Shown: piece after piece, positions 17,774 to 27,894 of the stretch
Position numbering within the stretch: position 1 is the stretch's first letter
Layout of the letters: every line of letters starts with the position of its first letter
Origin: an uncultured bacterium
GTDB taxonomy: Bacteria; Actinomycetota; Acidimicrobiia; Spongiisociales; UBA5794
Assembly (NCBI GenBank): GCA_963801165.1
Contig: CAWDDT010000005.1
Coordinates: 128,001 to 192,000 of the forward strand
Direction: 5' to 3'
DNA length: 64,000 nucleotides
Translations under genes and position numbers: made by a program
The notes under the pieces: generated by a model
The model's input: the letters and a program-made list of their open reading frames with translations, nothing else
The model's database searches: none
What the model was told of the DNA's origin: nothing

Positions 17774-19575
17774 CGCGCTACCTCCATGCTCGGAGCACGG
17801 TACGGTTCCCTGCCTTCGGAGCCATCGAGAATCGCATCGAGGAGCGATTGGGTATATGGATGCTGGGCATCGTGGAAGATCGATCGCACCGGACCGGATT
17901 CAACGATCGTGCCGTACTGCATCACGGCGACCTGATCGCAGAGGTCGGCGACCACACCGAAGTTGTGGGTCACCAGGAGCAGAGCAACGTTGGTGTCTTT
18001 CTGTAGCTCACGTAGCAAGTCGAGCACCTCGGCCTCCACCGTCACATCGAGCGCCGTGGTCGGTTCGTCGGCGATGATGAGGTCGGCGCCACAGGACACC
18101 GCCCCCGCGATCAGCACACGCTGCGCCATGCCTCCGGACAGCTGGTGGGGGTAAGAGTCGAACGTCCGTACCGGATCGGGGATCTCGACTCGTTCGAGCA
18201 GGTCGAGGGCACGCCGGCGGGCCTCCCTCTTGTCGATCCCCAGCACCATCCTCATCGGCTCTACGAGCTGATGGCCCACAGTGAAGGTGGGATCGAGATT
18301 GCTCATCGGTTCTTGCGGGATGTAGCCGATACGGTTGCCGAGTATCTCGTGCTGCCTGCCGAGGTCGTTGCTATCTACGATCAGCGGCTGCCCATCGAAC
18401 GTGATAGAGCCGGCGAGGATGCGTCCTGTTGCGGGAAGCAAGCCCATGACACCGAAAGCGGTCTGGGTCTTCCCGGAGCCCGACTCGCCGATCAACCCCA
18501 GTACCTGGCCGCGGTGCACCGTCAGGCTCACGTCTCGCACCACGGGTGCGTACCGTCCGAAGCCATCCGGGTAACCGATGGTGAGACCGGATACCTCGAG
18601 CAGCACAGGTTGGTCCAAAGCAACTGCGGCGTGGTGGATCGGGGCGGCCTCTGGTACGGGGACGTTGGGCTCGGGAGGACGCTTGCGATCCTTGCGCCGG
18701 ACACGGGGACCGGTCGCCTCCAACTCGTCCCGAACGGCGTTGGCGAACAGGGTGAGCGCCAGCATGGTGAGGGCGAGGATGAGGCCGGGCCAGAACACCA
18801 GTAGCGGCTGGATCGTGAGCTGACGGAATCCTTCGCGCAACATGCCACCCCACGTGGCCGTGTTGGCGTCGCCGAGACCCAGGATCTCGAGGCCGGCCTG
18901 GATCCGCACTGCGATACTGAAGATGAGCCCGGCTTGAATGATGATCGGGGCTCGCACCACCGAGAGAATGTGGCGCCCGATGATCCGCGTGTCGCTCAGG
19001 CCGGTGACCCGCGCCGCATCAACGTACAGCTCGTTTCTCACTTCTCGTACCGTTCCCGATACCAACCTGTAGAAGCCGGGAACCATGAGGAAACCGAACA
19101 CCGCCATTGCCGTATATACGGACTTGCCCAGCACAACGCTTGCCGCCAGGACAACGACGATCGCCGGCATCGACATGACCAGCGAGACCACCCAGTTGGA
19201 GATGGTGTCGAACCATCCCGAGAAGTACCCGGCAATCAACCCGGTCACCGTTCCGACGGATAGGGCGATGATCATCGCCAGACCCGCCGCAGTCAGCGTG
19301 TTCTGCCCTCCGTAGAGCAGCCGCGACAACACGTCCTGGCCCGAGCTGCTGGTGCCCAACCAGTGAGCCGAACTCGGCCCGGAAAGAATGTTGGTGAGAT
19401 CCGTCGCGCCTGGATCGTACGGACTCAGTACGCGGGCGAATATGCCCGAGAGGAGAATCAGAACAAGGACGATCAACGGGATCAATGCACCTGGACGCGT
19501 CAGGATGCGCTTGACAATGTGCTCTGTTTGACCTCGCGTGTCTCCGTGGACCTCAACCGGAGTGGTGCCCGTCAT
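17770..19575 (-). CDS. Fused ABC permease (DppC/OppC-like) and ATP-binding subunit
   Basis: N-terminal TM permease ('HWLGT..GQDVLSRL', EAA-like 'YVDAARVTG') and C-terminal 'GESGSGKT', 'LSGGMAQR', 'DEPTTALD'. ATG at 19575 overlaps the upstream TGA. Confidence 0.93.
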   Translation of the reverse strand: MTGTTPVEVHGDTRGQTEHIVKRILTRPGALIPLIVLVLILLSGIFARVLSPYDPGATDLTNILSGPSSAHWLGTSSSGQDVLSRLLYGGQNTLTAAGLAMIIALSVGTVTGLIAGYFSGWFDTISNWVVSLVMSMPAIVVVLAASVVLGKSVYTAMAVFGFLMVPGFYRLVSGTVREVRNELYVDAARVTGLSDTRIIGRHILSVVRAPIIIQAGLIFSIAVRIQAGLEILGLGDANTATWGGMLREGFRQLTIQPLLVFWPGLILALTMLALTLFANAVRDELEATGPRVRRKDRKRPPEPNVPVPEAAPIHHAAVALDQPVLLEVSGLTIGYPDGFGRYAPVVRDVSLTVHRGQVLGLIGESGSGKTQTAFGVMGLLPATGRILAGSITFDGQPLIVDSNDLGRQHEILGNRIGYIPQEPMSNLDPTFTVGHQLVEPMRMVLGIDKREARRRALDLLERVEIPDPVRTFDSYPHQLSGGMAQRVLIAGAVSCGADLIIADEPTTALDVTVEAEVLDLLRELQKDTNVALLLVTHNFGVVADLCDQVAVMQYGTIVESGPVRSIFHDAQHPYTQSLLDAILDGSEGREPYRAPSMEVAR

Positions 19576-20513
19576 GACAGCCTCACTTTCGGATTGAGCC
19601 ACGCGGTGATCAGATCGATGGCCAGATTGACAATGACGACCAACACGGCCACAACAACGACCAGCCCCATCACCAGGGGGATATCACCCTGCTGTGTGGA
19701 CGTGACGGCGATCTCGCCGAGGCCGGGCAATACGAAGAGCCTCTCGATGATGATTGCCGCACCGAGCATCCCGATGAACTGCACACCAATGACCTGTAGG
19801 GCCGGGCCGGCGGAGTTGCGCAGCACGTGCTCGAACAACACCCGGCGACCCGGGACACCCCGCGCTCGCAGAGTGCGCACATAGTCGTTTTCGAGAGCGT
19901 CGCGCACCGTGCCACGGATCTGGAGTGTTGCCGCCGCCATGGCTCCGGCAGCCAGCGAGAGCACGGGTAGCGTGATGGACCTCAGCCACCCGGTCCAGGA
20001 TTCTCCGAATGGGACAAATCCGCCTGCTTTGAACCAACCGAGCTTGACTGCAAACAGAGTGATTACAGCGAAGGCAACGAGGAATCCCGGGATGGCGAAC
20101 CCGGTGAGCGCGACGCCTTGGACGAAGCGGTCAACACCGCCGCCGCGGACGGCTCCGATGACGCCGAGGACCACCGCGATGAGGACCGCAACCAGCATTG
20201 CACCGATCACGATCGTGAGTGTGATGGTGAGTCGGCGGCTGATCGAGTCGAAAACTGTGGACGGAGAGAACCAAGACCTCCCGAAGTCACCCGTGACTGC
20301 GTTGCGAAGCCACGCCCAGTACTGCTCCAGCACCGGTCGGTCGAGTCCGAGCTGCTTGGTGAGCTGCTGGACCTGTTCCTCGGTAGCATTCATCCCCAGC
20401 TGGTTGCGAGCGATGTTGCCCGCCCCGAGCGTCAGCAAGACAAAGGTCACTGTTGACACTCCAAGGAGTAATACGACGCCTGCGCCGACGCGTTTGGCAA
20501 TGTACCTGAGCAT
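19572..20513 (-). CDS. ABC permease (DppB/OppB-like)
   Basis: 'MLRYIAKR', 'LGLDRPVLEQY', 'GDFGRS' and 'DYVRTLRARG'. Confidence 0.93.
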   Translation of the reverse strand: MLRYIAKRVGAGVVLLLGVSTVTFVLLTLGAGNIARNQLGMNATEEQVQQLTKQLGLDRPVLEQYWAWLRNAVTGDFGRSWFSPSTVFDSISRRLTITLTIVIGAMLVAVLIAVVLGVIGAVRGGGVDRFVQGVALTGFAIPGFLVAFAVITLFAVKLGWFKAGGFVPFGESWTGWLRSITLPVLSLAAGAMAAATLQIRGTVRDALENDYVRTLRARGVPGRRVLFEHVLRNSAGPALQVIGVQFIGMLGAAIIIERLFVLPGLGEIAVTSTQQGDIPLVMGLVVVVAVLVVIVNLAIDLITAWLNPKVRLS

Positions 20514-20531
20514 GGTCTCCTCCTCCACGAT

Positions 20532-20570
20532 GTGGTCTTGGAGCCCCCGCTGCCGGGGGCTCCAAACCAC
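20532..20570. other. Intra-operonic stem-loop downstream of the substrate-binding protein gene
   Basis: GTGGT-C-TTGGAGCCCCCG/CTGC/CGGGGGCTCCAA-ACCAC, with a perfect 12-bp core stem. Confidence 0.75.
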
Positions 20571-20578
20571 CGTATGGG

Positions 20579-22201
20579 CTAGCCGGCTGGAGTGAAGTTC
20601 CAGATATACGGCACCGCGTTGCCGACCTGGGACTGCACATTCACGACATCCGGGTTGTACGCGTACACCTGGAGCGGGCGCATCCACGGGGCAAACCAGG
20701 CCTGCTCGAGTATGTACTCACCCAGGTCTGAGACGAGCTGGTCGTACTTGGCCGGGTCGGTCTCGTACTGGATCTGCTTGATCAGATCCGCGGAGGTCTC
20801 GTCGGTGTACTTCGCCGGGTTCCACGTGGCGTTGGGGCCGAGCATGAACTCGATCGCGTCGTAGTCATTGGCCTGCTGCTGAAGGGCCATGAAGTACGCC
20901 GGGTACTTCGGCGTCAACAAAGCGCCGATGAAGTCGGCTCCCTCGTCGACGTGGTTGACCGTGATGCCTATCTGGCTCAACGAGTCCGCGGAAATCGCGT
21001 AAATGGCTTCGTTTAGCCGACTCGAAACGGGCATGTCGAGCGTGAACCCGTCCGCATACCCTGCCTCAGCCATCAGCGCCTTTGCCGCTTCGACGTCGTA
21101 GGGATAGAAGTTCTCGAGCTCGGGGTGGTATCCCGGGCTGTTTGGGGGGAACACCTGGTTGGTGGGTTCTGCATAACCGAGACCGATCGCATCAGAGATC
21201 GCCTGGCGATCAATCACCATATTGATCGCCTGCCGCACTCTGACATCTCCGAGCGGGCTGCCCATCGAGCCGGCCCTGTCGATGAGTGAGTATCCCCACC
21301 AGTCGAGCGGCCAGGTCACCGTGGCCAGACCGGCGGCCTCGACCTCCGGCACGAGTTCCTTGCCGAGCATGATGGCACCATCAACCTCACCCGTCTTGAG
21401 CGCGTTGGCAATGGCGTTCGGGTCACCGATGACCCGAAAGACGACCTGGTCCCAATACTGCATGTCGGGGTTCCAGTAGTCGGGATTCGCGTTGAACGTG
21501 TAGAACGACCCAACCGTCGAGTTGGCGACATCCATGATGTACGGGCCGCTACCGATCGGGTTTGTCGCCTCGTCGGCGGCTCCGAAGGTTGCCGGGCTCT
21601 GCATCAGCCCAGCCGTCACGGCCAGATGGTTGAGCAGTGCCGGGTTCGGCGCCGACAGGTGGATCTCGAGCGTGAACTCGTCCACCGCAACGGCATCATC
21701 AATCAACGCCAGGAACGACGCGTTGGATCCGGTCCCATCCCTGAAGCGAATCAGGTTCTGGGCGGCGGCGTCGGCGTTGAACGGGGTCCCGTCCGTGAAG
21801 GTCACGTCGTCACGCAGGTGCATGGTGAGCACCGTGTTGTCTTCGTTGTAGGACCAGTCTGTCGCCAGCCATGGCTCGAGCTCGCCTTCGGGCGTAGCCC
21901 GCACCAGGCCGTCGTATACAACCTGATACTGCTCGGCGTTCTGGCCAAACCGTGACTCCGCCGCCGTCCAGCTGACCACGTCAACGATCACAGCTAGTGT
22001 CAGGGTGCCGCCATGCGCCATGGGCGCAGCCGTCGATTCAGCAGAGGTGCTGCCGGTTTCGCCATTGGTTGCCGTGGTGGTTGTCTGACTGCCGGAATCC
22101 CCTCCGGCTGTCGTGGTGGTCTCGCCTGAGTCGCTGCCGCCGCAAGCGGCGACGACGAGGGCGAAGACCACCAGCACGGCGATTGCCTTCAGTTTTCGCA
22201 T
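20579..22201 (-). CDS. ABC substrate-binding lipoprotein, family 5
   Basis: Lipobox 'LVVAAC', Thr-rich linker, 'LATDWS', 'LRDDVTFTDGTPFNADA' and 'PIGSGPY'. Confidence 0.93.
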   Translation of the reverse strand: MRKLKAIAVLVVFALVVAACGGSDSGETTTTAGGDSGSQTTTTATNGETGSTSAESTAAPMAHGGTLTLAVIVDVVSWTAAESRFGQNAEQYQVVYDGLVRATPEGELEPWLATDWSYNEDNTVLTMHLRDDVTFTDGTPFNADAAAQNLIRFRDGTGSNASFLALIDDAVAVDEFTLEIHLSAPNPALLNHLAVTAGLMQSPATFGAADEATNPIGSGPYIMDVANSTVGSFYTFNANPDYWNPDMQYWDQVVFRVIGDPNAIANALKTGEVDGAIMLGKELVPEVEAAGLATVTWPLDWWGYSLIDRAGSMGSPLGDVRVRQAINMVIDRQAISDAIGLGYAEPTNQVFPPNSPGYHPELENFYPYDVEAAKALMAEAGYADGFTLDMPVSSRLNEAIYAISADSLSQIGITVNHVDEGADFIGALLTPKYPAYFMALQQQANDYDAIEFMLGPNATWNPAKYTDETSADLIKQIQYETDPAKYDQLVSDLGEYILEQAWFAPWMRPLQVYAYNPDVVNVQSQVGNAVPYIWNFTPAG

Positions 22202-22275
22202 TTCTCCTCCGTAGGTCGTTTCCTTGATTGGTACCGACCGGCAGACGCCGGTCTCTCCGGGTTGTGGTCTCTGGC

Positions 22276-23301
22276 TTACCCCACCTTCGGAAGGCTCCTC
22301 TCGGTGGATACGGTTGAATCTCGCACCACCAGCTCCGGGGCAAACGAAATACGCCGATGGATGTGATCTGGTTCGTTTGCCTCGTTGACAAGCAGCTCGG
22401 CGGCGGCGGCACCGATGGCTGGGGGCTGTCTGATGGTGGTGAGGGGGACGGTGGCGATCTCGGCAAAGATGATGTCGTCGTACCCGATCAGGGCGATGTC
22501 CTCAGGAACACGACGACCGCGCTCGATGAGGCCACGAAGAACACCGAGAGCCGTCAGATCGTTTGCGCAGAAGACGCCATCGGGCTCGTACGCGAGGATG
22601 GCGTCGGTGGCAGCGTGACCGTCGATGCCGGTGAGGTTGTCGACCCAGACGACCTCGATCACGACGTCGTCACGATCGGCCGCCGCCGCACGGAGCCCGT
22701 CCAGCCGAAGGTTGGCGAAGTCCAGGTCGCGTGGGCCCGTCACGAACACGATCCTGCGGCGGCCGATCTCGAGGAGGTGTTGGCCGGCGAGCCGTCCACC
22801 ATCCATCTGATCGATATCGGTCGAGCAACCCTCGGTTGTCGAACTGATGCCCCCGACATATGCGAACGACATGCCCCGAGCGCGCATAGCCTCGATCCGA
22901 GGAGCAAGCTCCTCGGTGAAGATCGGCGGGAGGACGACGCCCGCCACGCGGAACTCCTCCAGTTGCAGGAGTTGGCGCTCAACACGTTCGAAGTCAAACC
23001 CGGTCCCGGCGACGACGGCGGAATAGCCGTACGTGGCCAGTGCCTGCTCGGCGGCTTCGACGTATGCGGTAACGAAGGGGTTGGCGTAGTCGACCACCAG
23101 CACCCCCATCACTGTGCTCTTCTTCGCTCGCAAACGTGAGGCGGAGGCGTTGCGCACGTACCCGAGTTCTTCGATGGCCGTCAAGACGGCCCGTCTCGTA
23201 GGTTCGGCGACGGATTCGGGCCGGTTCAGCACGTTGGAGACGGTTCCCAGCGACACACCGGCTCGCATGGCAACCTCACGAATGCTGACGGCCCGTTTCA
23301 T
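22276..23301 (-). CDS. LacI-family transcriptional regulator
   Basis: HTH 'SIREVAMRAGVSLGTVSNVLN', 'FCANDLTALG', 'VPEDIALIGYDD' and 'PLTTIRQP'. Confidence 0.95.
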   Translation of the reverse strand: MKRAVSIREVAMRAGVSLGTVSNVLNRPESVAEPTRRAVLTAIEELGYVRNASASRLRAKKSTVMGVLVVDYANPFVTAYVEAAEQALATYGYSAVVAGTGFDFERVERQLLQLEEFRVAGVVLPPIFTEELAPRIEAMRARGMSFAYVGGISSTTEGCSTDIDQMDGGRLAGQHLLEIGRRRIVFVTGPRDLDFANLRLDGLRAAAADRDDVVIEVVWVDNLTGIDGHAATDAILAYEPDGVFCANDLTALGVLRGLIERGRRVPEDIALIGYDDIIFAEIATVPLTTIRQPPAIGAAAAELLVNEANEPDHIHRRISFAPELVVRDSTVSTERSLPKVG

Positions 23302-23403
23302 CACGACGGCACCACGCTCCCTGCGCTCCCGAACCCGCCGACGCTGTGACTGACCACAGACACTGTCTCCTCCCGCATCTTCGGTCTCTCCTCCAACCGT
23401 TGA

Positions 23404-23417
23404 TTGAAACGTTTCAA
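23404..23417. promoter_or_regulatory. LacI-type operator (perfect palindrome TTGAAACGTTTCAA)
   Basis: 14-bp palindrome with central CG, upstream of the lacI-family gene; typical LacI-family operator form. Confidence 0.8.
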
Positions 23418-23503
23418 CCATAGCGCAGGCGAAACGGTCTTGTCTAGGGGAAATAATGACCAGCCCTCCATACAAACACGGTACAAGAGGCTGCGCGCTG
23501 AGC

Positions 23504-23517
23504 ATGAAACGTTCCAT
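23504..23517. promoter_or_regulatory. Second LacI-type operator (ATGAAACGTTCCAT)
   Basis: Near-palindrome with the same TGAAACGTT core, exactly 100 bp from the first site. Confidence 0.65.
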
Positions 23518-23633
23518 CGTGTTCCGTCTGCGCTCGCCCAACCACGCGGAGTCCTCCCATGAGATCCTCGTCTCTACGGAAGCGCAGCAGGAGTTCGGCA
23601 GAGCCGAGCCCTCGGCTCTGCCCCCGGGACCTC

Positions 23634-25955
23634 CTACTCGGGTGGCGGGAACAGCGGTGCCGGCCGGGGCGGATCGTCGGCAGATGGCCGGAAACGACAC
23701 GCGAGGTCGTGAACACCGGCGCCGACCTCCTCCATCGAGCTCCCATCCGGCATCTCGACCTCGGCCACGACGCCGTCGGGGACCTCGAGGTGGAGCCGGA
23801 ACTCGTCGCCGGCCCGATCCCATCTCACCCGGGCTCGCCCGGTGGGCAACTCACGGCTCGCTTCGGCGTAGCTGAGACCACCACCCGGTAGCGGGCGTAT
23901 CGCCAGCCTCGAATATCCCGGTGCCGCCGGGCCGAGACCGGCCACCCGCCGGTGGAGGAACGAGGCCACGGCCCCGAGGGCGTAGTGATTGAAGGACGTC
24001 ATCTCCCCCGGATTCACCGACCCGTCCGGGAGCATGCTGTCCCAGCGCTCCCAGATCGTCGTCGCTCCCATCGTCACCGGATAGAGCCACGAGGGAACCT
24101 CGGTCTGCAGCAGCAGGTGATAGGCATCGTCGGGATACCCGCCATCCACCAGGGCGTCGCAAACGAGTGGTGTCCCAACGAAGCCGGTGCCGATGTGGAA
24201 ACCGTCTCGCTCTACGAGATCACGCAATCGGCTAGCCGCCCGAGCCCGATGGTCTGCGGTTGACAGCAGGTCGAATTGGAGCGCAAGTGCGTACGCCGTC
24301 TGCGAGTCGCTCGCCATCAGACCATTTGGTGTGACGAACTCGGCCTGGAATGCTTTCCGGATTGCCACGGCCAGTCTGCCATACCGGGCGGCGTCGGCAT
24401 CCTCACCGATCACTCTCGCAACCTGGGCGACGAGCCCGGCGCTATAGGCGTGATAGGCCACTGCCACTAGCTCCGGGCTGGTGCGCCCGGACGCAGGACG
24501 ATCGGGAGGGGCGATCGGATCCAGCCAGTCCCCAAACTGGAGACCCGGTTTCCACAGCAGGTCGTCGCCGGCCAGGTCGGTGATCTGATCGACCCAGGAG
24601 CACATGCTCGTGTACTGGCGGCGAAGCACCGCGGGATCGCCGAAATGCTGGTAGAGCAACCAGGGTACGACCACCGCAGCGTCGCCCCACGCCGCCATCG
24701 GCACCGGGGGAATCATCAGTTGCACCCATGGCACATAGATCGGCACCGTATCGTGCTCGATCTGCTCGGCGGCGAGATCCTCCAGCCAGGATTCGATCAT
24801 GGATGCACAGTCGAAAAGGAAGAAGGCGGCGTCGCCAAAAACCTGGAGATCTCCCGTCCAGCCCAGCCTCTCGTCACGCTGCGGGCAATCGGTCGGAATG
24901 TCGACGAAGTTGCCCCGTGCGCTCCACCGTGCGTTCTCGTGGAAACGGTTCAGCAATGCGTTGGAGCATTCGAACTCCCCCAATTCATCGAAGTCGGTGT
25001 GGCACACGACGGCACGCAAATCATCAGACGTCAGTTCCCCGGGCCAGCCTTCGATCTGCGCATAGCGAAACCCGTGGATCGTGAACCTGGGTTCCCACGT
25101 CAGCGCATCTGCGCCGCAGATGATCCGGTCGGTAGCTGCCGCTCCCCGCAACGGCCGGAACGCGGGCTCGCCGTGCTCCAGCACCTCGGCGTGCCGGACC
25201 GTGATCGTTCTCCCCGGCGCCGCCGGCACTTCCATCTGGAGCCGCCCGGCGATGTTCTGACCGAAGTCGACGATCGCCCGGCCCGATTCTCTGTAGTCGA
25301 TCGACACCGGAGCAATGGCTTCGATGCGCCGCACCGGCGGGCTCACCGGCACAAAGAGCGGGCGGACATCGAAAGGTCTCGCCTCGACACCGGACCAATC
25401 CGAATCGTCGAAAACGGGCTGCGACCATGCCGGGTCTAGCCGGGCGGCATCCAGTGTTTCGCCGTCGTAGAGACTGGAGGCGACGATCGGGCTGGGGTCT
25501 GCGCTCCAACCCTCGTCGGTGACGACCCGCGTCACCGTCCCGTCCGGGTGTGTGATTGCCAGCAACGCGATAGGTCCGATTTCTGAGCCGTAGATCTCAC
25601 GCACGCCGCCGCCGAAGCCGATACGGCCCCGGTACCAGCCTTCGGCGACCGTGACACCGATCGCATTCCGCCCGTCGGACAGCAGCGGGCCGACGTCATG
25701 GTGGATCAGGCGGTGGCGGTGGTGGTAGCTCGTCCAGCCGGGCGAAAGCACGTGGTCACCGACAACCGAGCCGTTGATCTCTGCCTCGAACACACCGCAG
25801 GCCGTCATCCACAGGTCCGCTGTCACGACCGGTTTGGGGAGCGTGAACGACGAACGGAACCTAACCGGCTGTGAGACAGGAGGCGGGGACCCGGCCCAGG
25901 CGGCAACAATGAGCCGCGGCTCCCAATCGAGTGGGTAGGGCTGTTGCGGGGCCAC
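23634..25955 (-). CDS. GH78 alpha-L-rhamnosidase
   Basis: 'PGWTSY', 'DFGQNIAG', 'PTDCPQRDERLGWTGD', 'GDWLDP', 'GATTIWERWD' and 'SFNHY'. Confidence 0.94.
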   Translation of the reverse strand: MAPQQPYPLDWEPRLIVAAWAGSPPPVSQPVRFRSSFTLPKPVVTADLWMTACGVFEAEINGSVVGDHVLSPGWTSYHHRHRLIHHDVGPLLSDGRNAIGVTVAEGWYRGRIGFGGGVREIYGSEIGPIALLAITHPDGTVTRVVTDEGWSADPSPIVASSLYDGETLDAARLDPAWSQPVFDDSDWSGVEARPFDVRPLFVPVSPPVRRIEAIAPVSIDYRESGRAIVDFGQNIAGRLQMEVPAAPGRTITVRHAEVLEHGEPAFRPLRGAAATDRIICGADALTWEPRFTIHGFRYAQIEGWPGELTSDDLRAVVCHTDFDELGEFECSNALLNRFHENARWSARGNFVDIPTDCPQRDERLGWTGDLQVFGDAAFFLFDCASMIESWLEDLAAEQIEHDTVPIYVPWVQLMIPPVPMAAWGDAAVVVPWLLYQHFGDPAVLRRQYTSMCSWVDQITDLAGDDLLWKPGLQFGDWLDPIAPPDRPASGRTSPELVAVAYHAYSAGLVAQVARVIGEDADAARYGRLAVAIRKAFQAEFVTPNGLMASDSQTAYALALQFDLLSTADHRARAASRLRDLVERDGFHIGTGFVGTPLVCDALVDGGYPDDAYHLLLQTEVPSWLYPVTMGATTIWERWDSMLPDGSVNPGEMTSFNHYALGAVASFLHRRVAGLGPAAPGYSRLAIRPLPGGGLSYAEASRELPTGRARVRWDRAGDEFRLHLEVPDGVVAEVEMPDGSSMEEVGAGVHDLACRFRPSADDPPRPAPLFPPPE

Positions 25956-26026
25956 GGTGCTCCTCGATGCGGACGGGCTACCGATCGTAGCTCCACGCGC
26001 TCTCGGACTGCCGTCGCATAGAGTCC

Positions 26027-27178
26027 TCAGGCAGCGCGGGCGAGGATGCGCGCGAGCTCAGCTCGATCGAGTGGGATCGGGTTGCCCTTCATGCTGCTGG
26101 AGCGCAATGCGCCTTCGCAGATGCCCTCGTACATGTCGGCTATGAGGCCATAGTCGCTTAGCGATGGCACACCGAGGGACTCTGTCAGATCGAAAAGCCA
26201 TGTGACCGCCGCACGAGGATTCGCATCAGAGTCTCTTGTCAGCCAGCGGGCGACCCGGGCGAACCTAGGCAACACGGGAGCATTCGCAGCCTCTGCCGCA
26301 CTGATGTTGGCGTCGAAGACCGGGGCAAGTAGGCATCCACAGGCAAGACCGTGGGGCACGTGGAGACGGCCGCCGAGCACACCGGCGAAACCATGGACCG
26401 CGCCGAGCCCTGCGTTGGCAAGGACAATCCCGCCATAGAGGCTCGCCAGCGACATATCGAGCCGAGCATCCAAGTCGTCACCGTCGGCGGCGGCGCGCTG
26501 TAGCGAGCGAGCTGCCCGTCTGATCCCGTCCTCGCAGAACGGATCAACCAGCGGGTTCGCCCGGAGAGAGACGTACGACTCGAGCAGGTGCGTCAAGGCA
26601 TCGAGGCCACTGCTCACGGTCACCGACCTCGGCATCGATTGAGTGAGGTCGGGGTCCACAAGAGCGATCGTCGGCACCATGAATGGGCTGCGCATGCTCA
26701 CCTTGACGGCGTGCTTCTCCGACAGCAGGACCGCGTTCTTGGTCGCCTCGGACCCGGTCCCGGCCGTGGTCGGGACAGCGACATGGGGTACAGGCATCGT
26801 AGTAAGCGGCTTACCATCGCCGATAACCTCGAGGTACTCCATCACGTCGCCCGGGTTGCTGAGGAGAGCGGCAATGGCTTTCCCCGTGTCGAGCACGCTC
26901 CCGCCCCCGATCGAGACGACGAGATCACAGCCGGGCCCGCGGGCGATGTCGGTGCCCCGCTTCACGTCCTCGACGGTCGGCTCGTGACCGACGCAGAACG
27001 AAATGACGGCGACGCCGGCGGCTTCCAGACCGTCGATCAGGGGTTGCTGACGGAGTGGCTCCTTGCCGGTGACGACAAGAGCCCTGCTACCCAGGGAGGC
27101 CGCCCGCGTCCCCAGCTCAGCGGACGCCCCTACCCCGAAGACGATCTTTCCCGGTAGTACCAGTTCGAACGTAGCCAT
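26027..27178 (-). CDS. Iron-containing alcohol dehydrogenase
   Basis: 'IGGGSVLDTGK', 'VPTTAGTGSE', 'DALTHLLE', 'GAVHG' and 'PHG'. Confidence 0.92.
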   Translation of the reverse strand: MATFELVLPGKIVFGVGASAELGTRAASLGSRALVVTGKEPLRQQPLIDGLEAAGVAVISFCVGHEPTVEDVKRGTDIARGPGCDLVVSIGGGSVLDTGKAIAALLSNPGDVMEYLEVIGDGKPLTTMPVPHVAVPTTAGTGSEATKNAVLLSEKHAVKVSMRSPFMVPTIALVDPDLTQSMPRSVTVSSGLDALTHLLESYVSLRANPLVDPFCEDGIRRAARSLQRAAADGDDLDARLDMSLASLYGGIVLANAGLGAVHGFAGVLGGRLHVPHGLACGCLLAPVFDANISAAEAANAPVLPRFARVARWLTRDSDANPRAAVTWLFDLTESLGVPSLSDYGLIADMYEGICEGALRSSSMKGNPIPLDRAELARILARAA

Positions 27179-27267
27179 CGCCGCGACGATAGCTGCCGCC
27201 CCGGCTCTCCCTATTCCGGCGCACTTCCGCGGCCCGGGGAACGTAGCCTGTCCGTAAGTTCACGAAG

Positions 27268-27302
27268 AAAGGCCCGGGGCATCGGATGTGCCCCGGGCCT
27301 TT
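27268..27302 (-). terminator. Intrinsic terminator after yceI
   Basis: AAAGGCCCGGGGCA-N7-TGCCCCGGGCCTTT hairpin, with a T-rich tail (TTTCTT) on the minus strand. Confidence 0.8.
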
Positions 27303-27313
27303 GATCACTTTGG

Positions 27314-27856
27314 TCAGGCCTTAGCGGCCTCGAGCTCGATCTCGATGGTCACTTCCTTGCCAACGAGCCAGCCGCCGGCCTCGAGAGGGGCGTTCCAGGT
27401 GAGCCCCCAGTCCTCACGGTTGATCTTTGTGCTCGCCGAAAAGATGGCCTTCTCATTCCCCCACGGGTCCTGAATGACGCCGGCGAACTCCATGTCAAGG
27501 GTGACCGGGCGGCTCTCGCCGCGAATGGTCAGTTCGCCGTCGACCGCGTAGCCGTCACCGGTGACACGAACGGTATTCGAGTTGAATTCGAGTGTGGGGA
27601 AGTTCTCTACGTCGAGGAAGTCCGGGGAACGAAGATGGTGGTCGCGGTCGCTCGCCCCGGTGTCGATGGATGCGGCGTCGATGGTGACATTCACCGACGA
27701 GTTCTCCACCGGATCGGCGACATTGATGGTTCCCGAGAAAGTCCTGAAGCTGCCCCGGACGCGCGCTGCCATCAGATGCTTGACCTTGAAACCCACCGTC
27801 GTATGTGCGGTGTCGAGGCTCCATGTCCCTGTTGCGGGAAGGGTAAGTGTGCTCAC
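27314..27856 (-). CDS. yceI: YceI-family lipid/polyisoprenoid-binding protein
   Basis: 'GTWSLDTAHTTVGFKVKHLM', 'RDHHLRSPDFLD' and 'GELTIRG'. Confidence 0.92.
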   Translation of the reverse strand: MSTLTLPATGTWSLDTAHTTVGFKVKHLMAARVRGSFRTFSGTINVADPVENSSVNVTIDAASIDTGASDRDHHLRSPDFLDVENFPTLEFNSNTVRVTGDGYAVDGELTIRGESRPVTLDMEFAGVIQDPWGNEKAIFSASTKINREDWGLTWNAPLEAGGWLVGKEVTIEIELEAAKA

Positions 27857-27894
27857 GACATTCCTTTCTAGTTGACTGCTAAGATAATGATACC

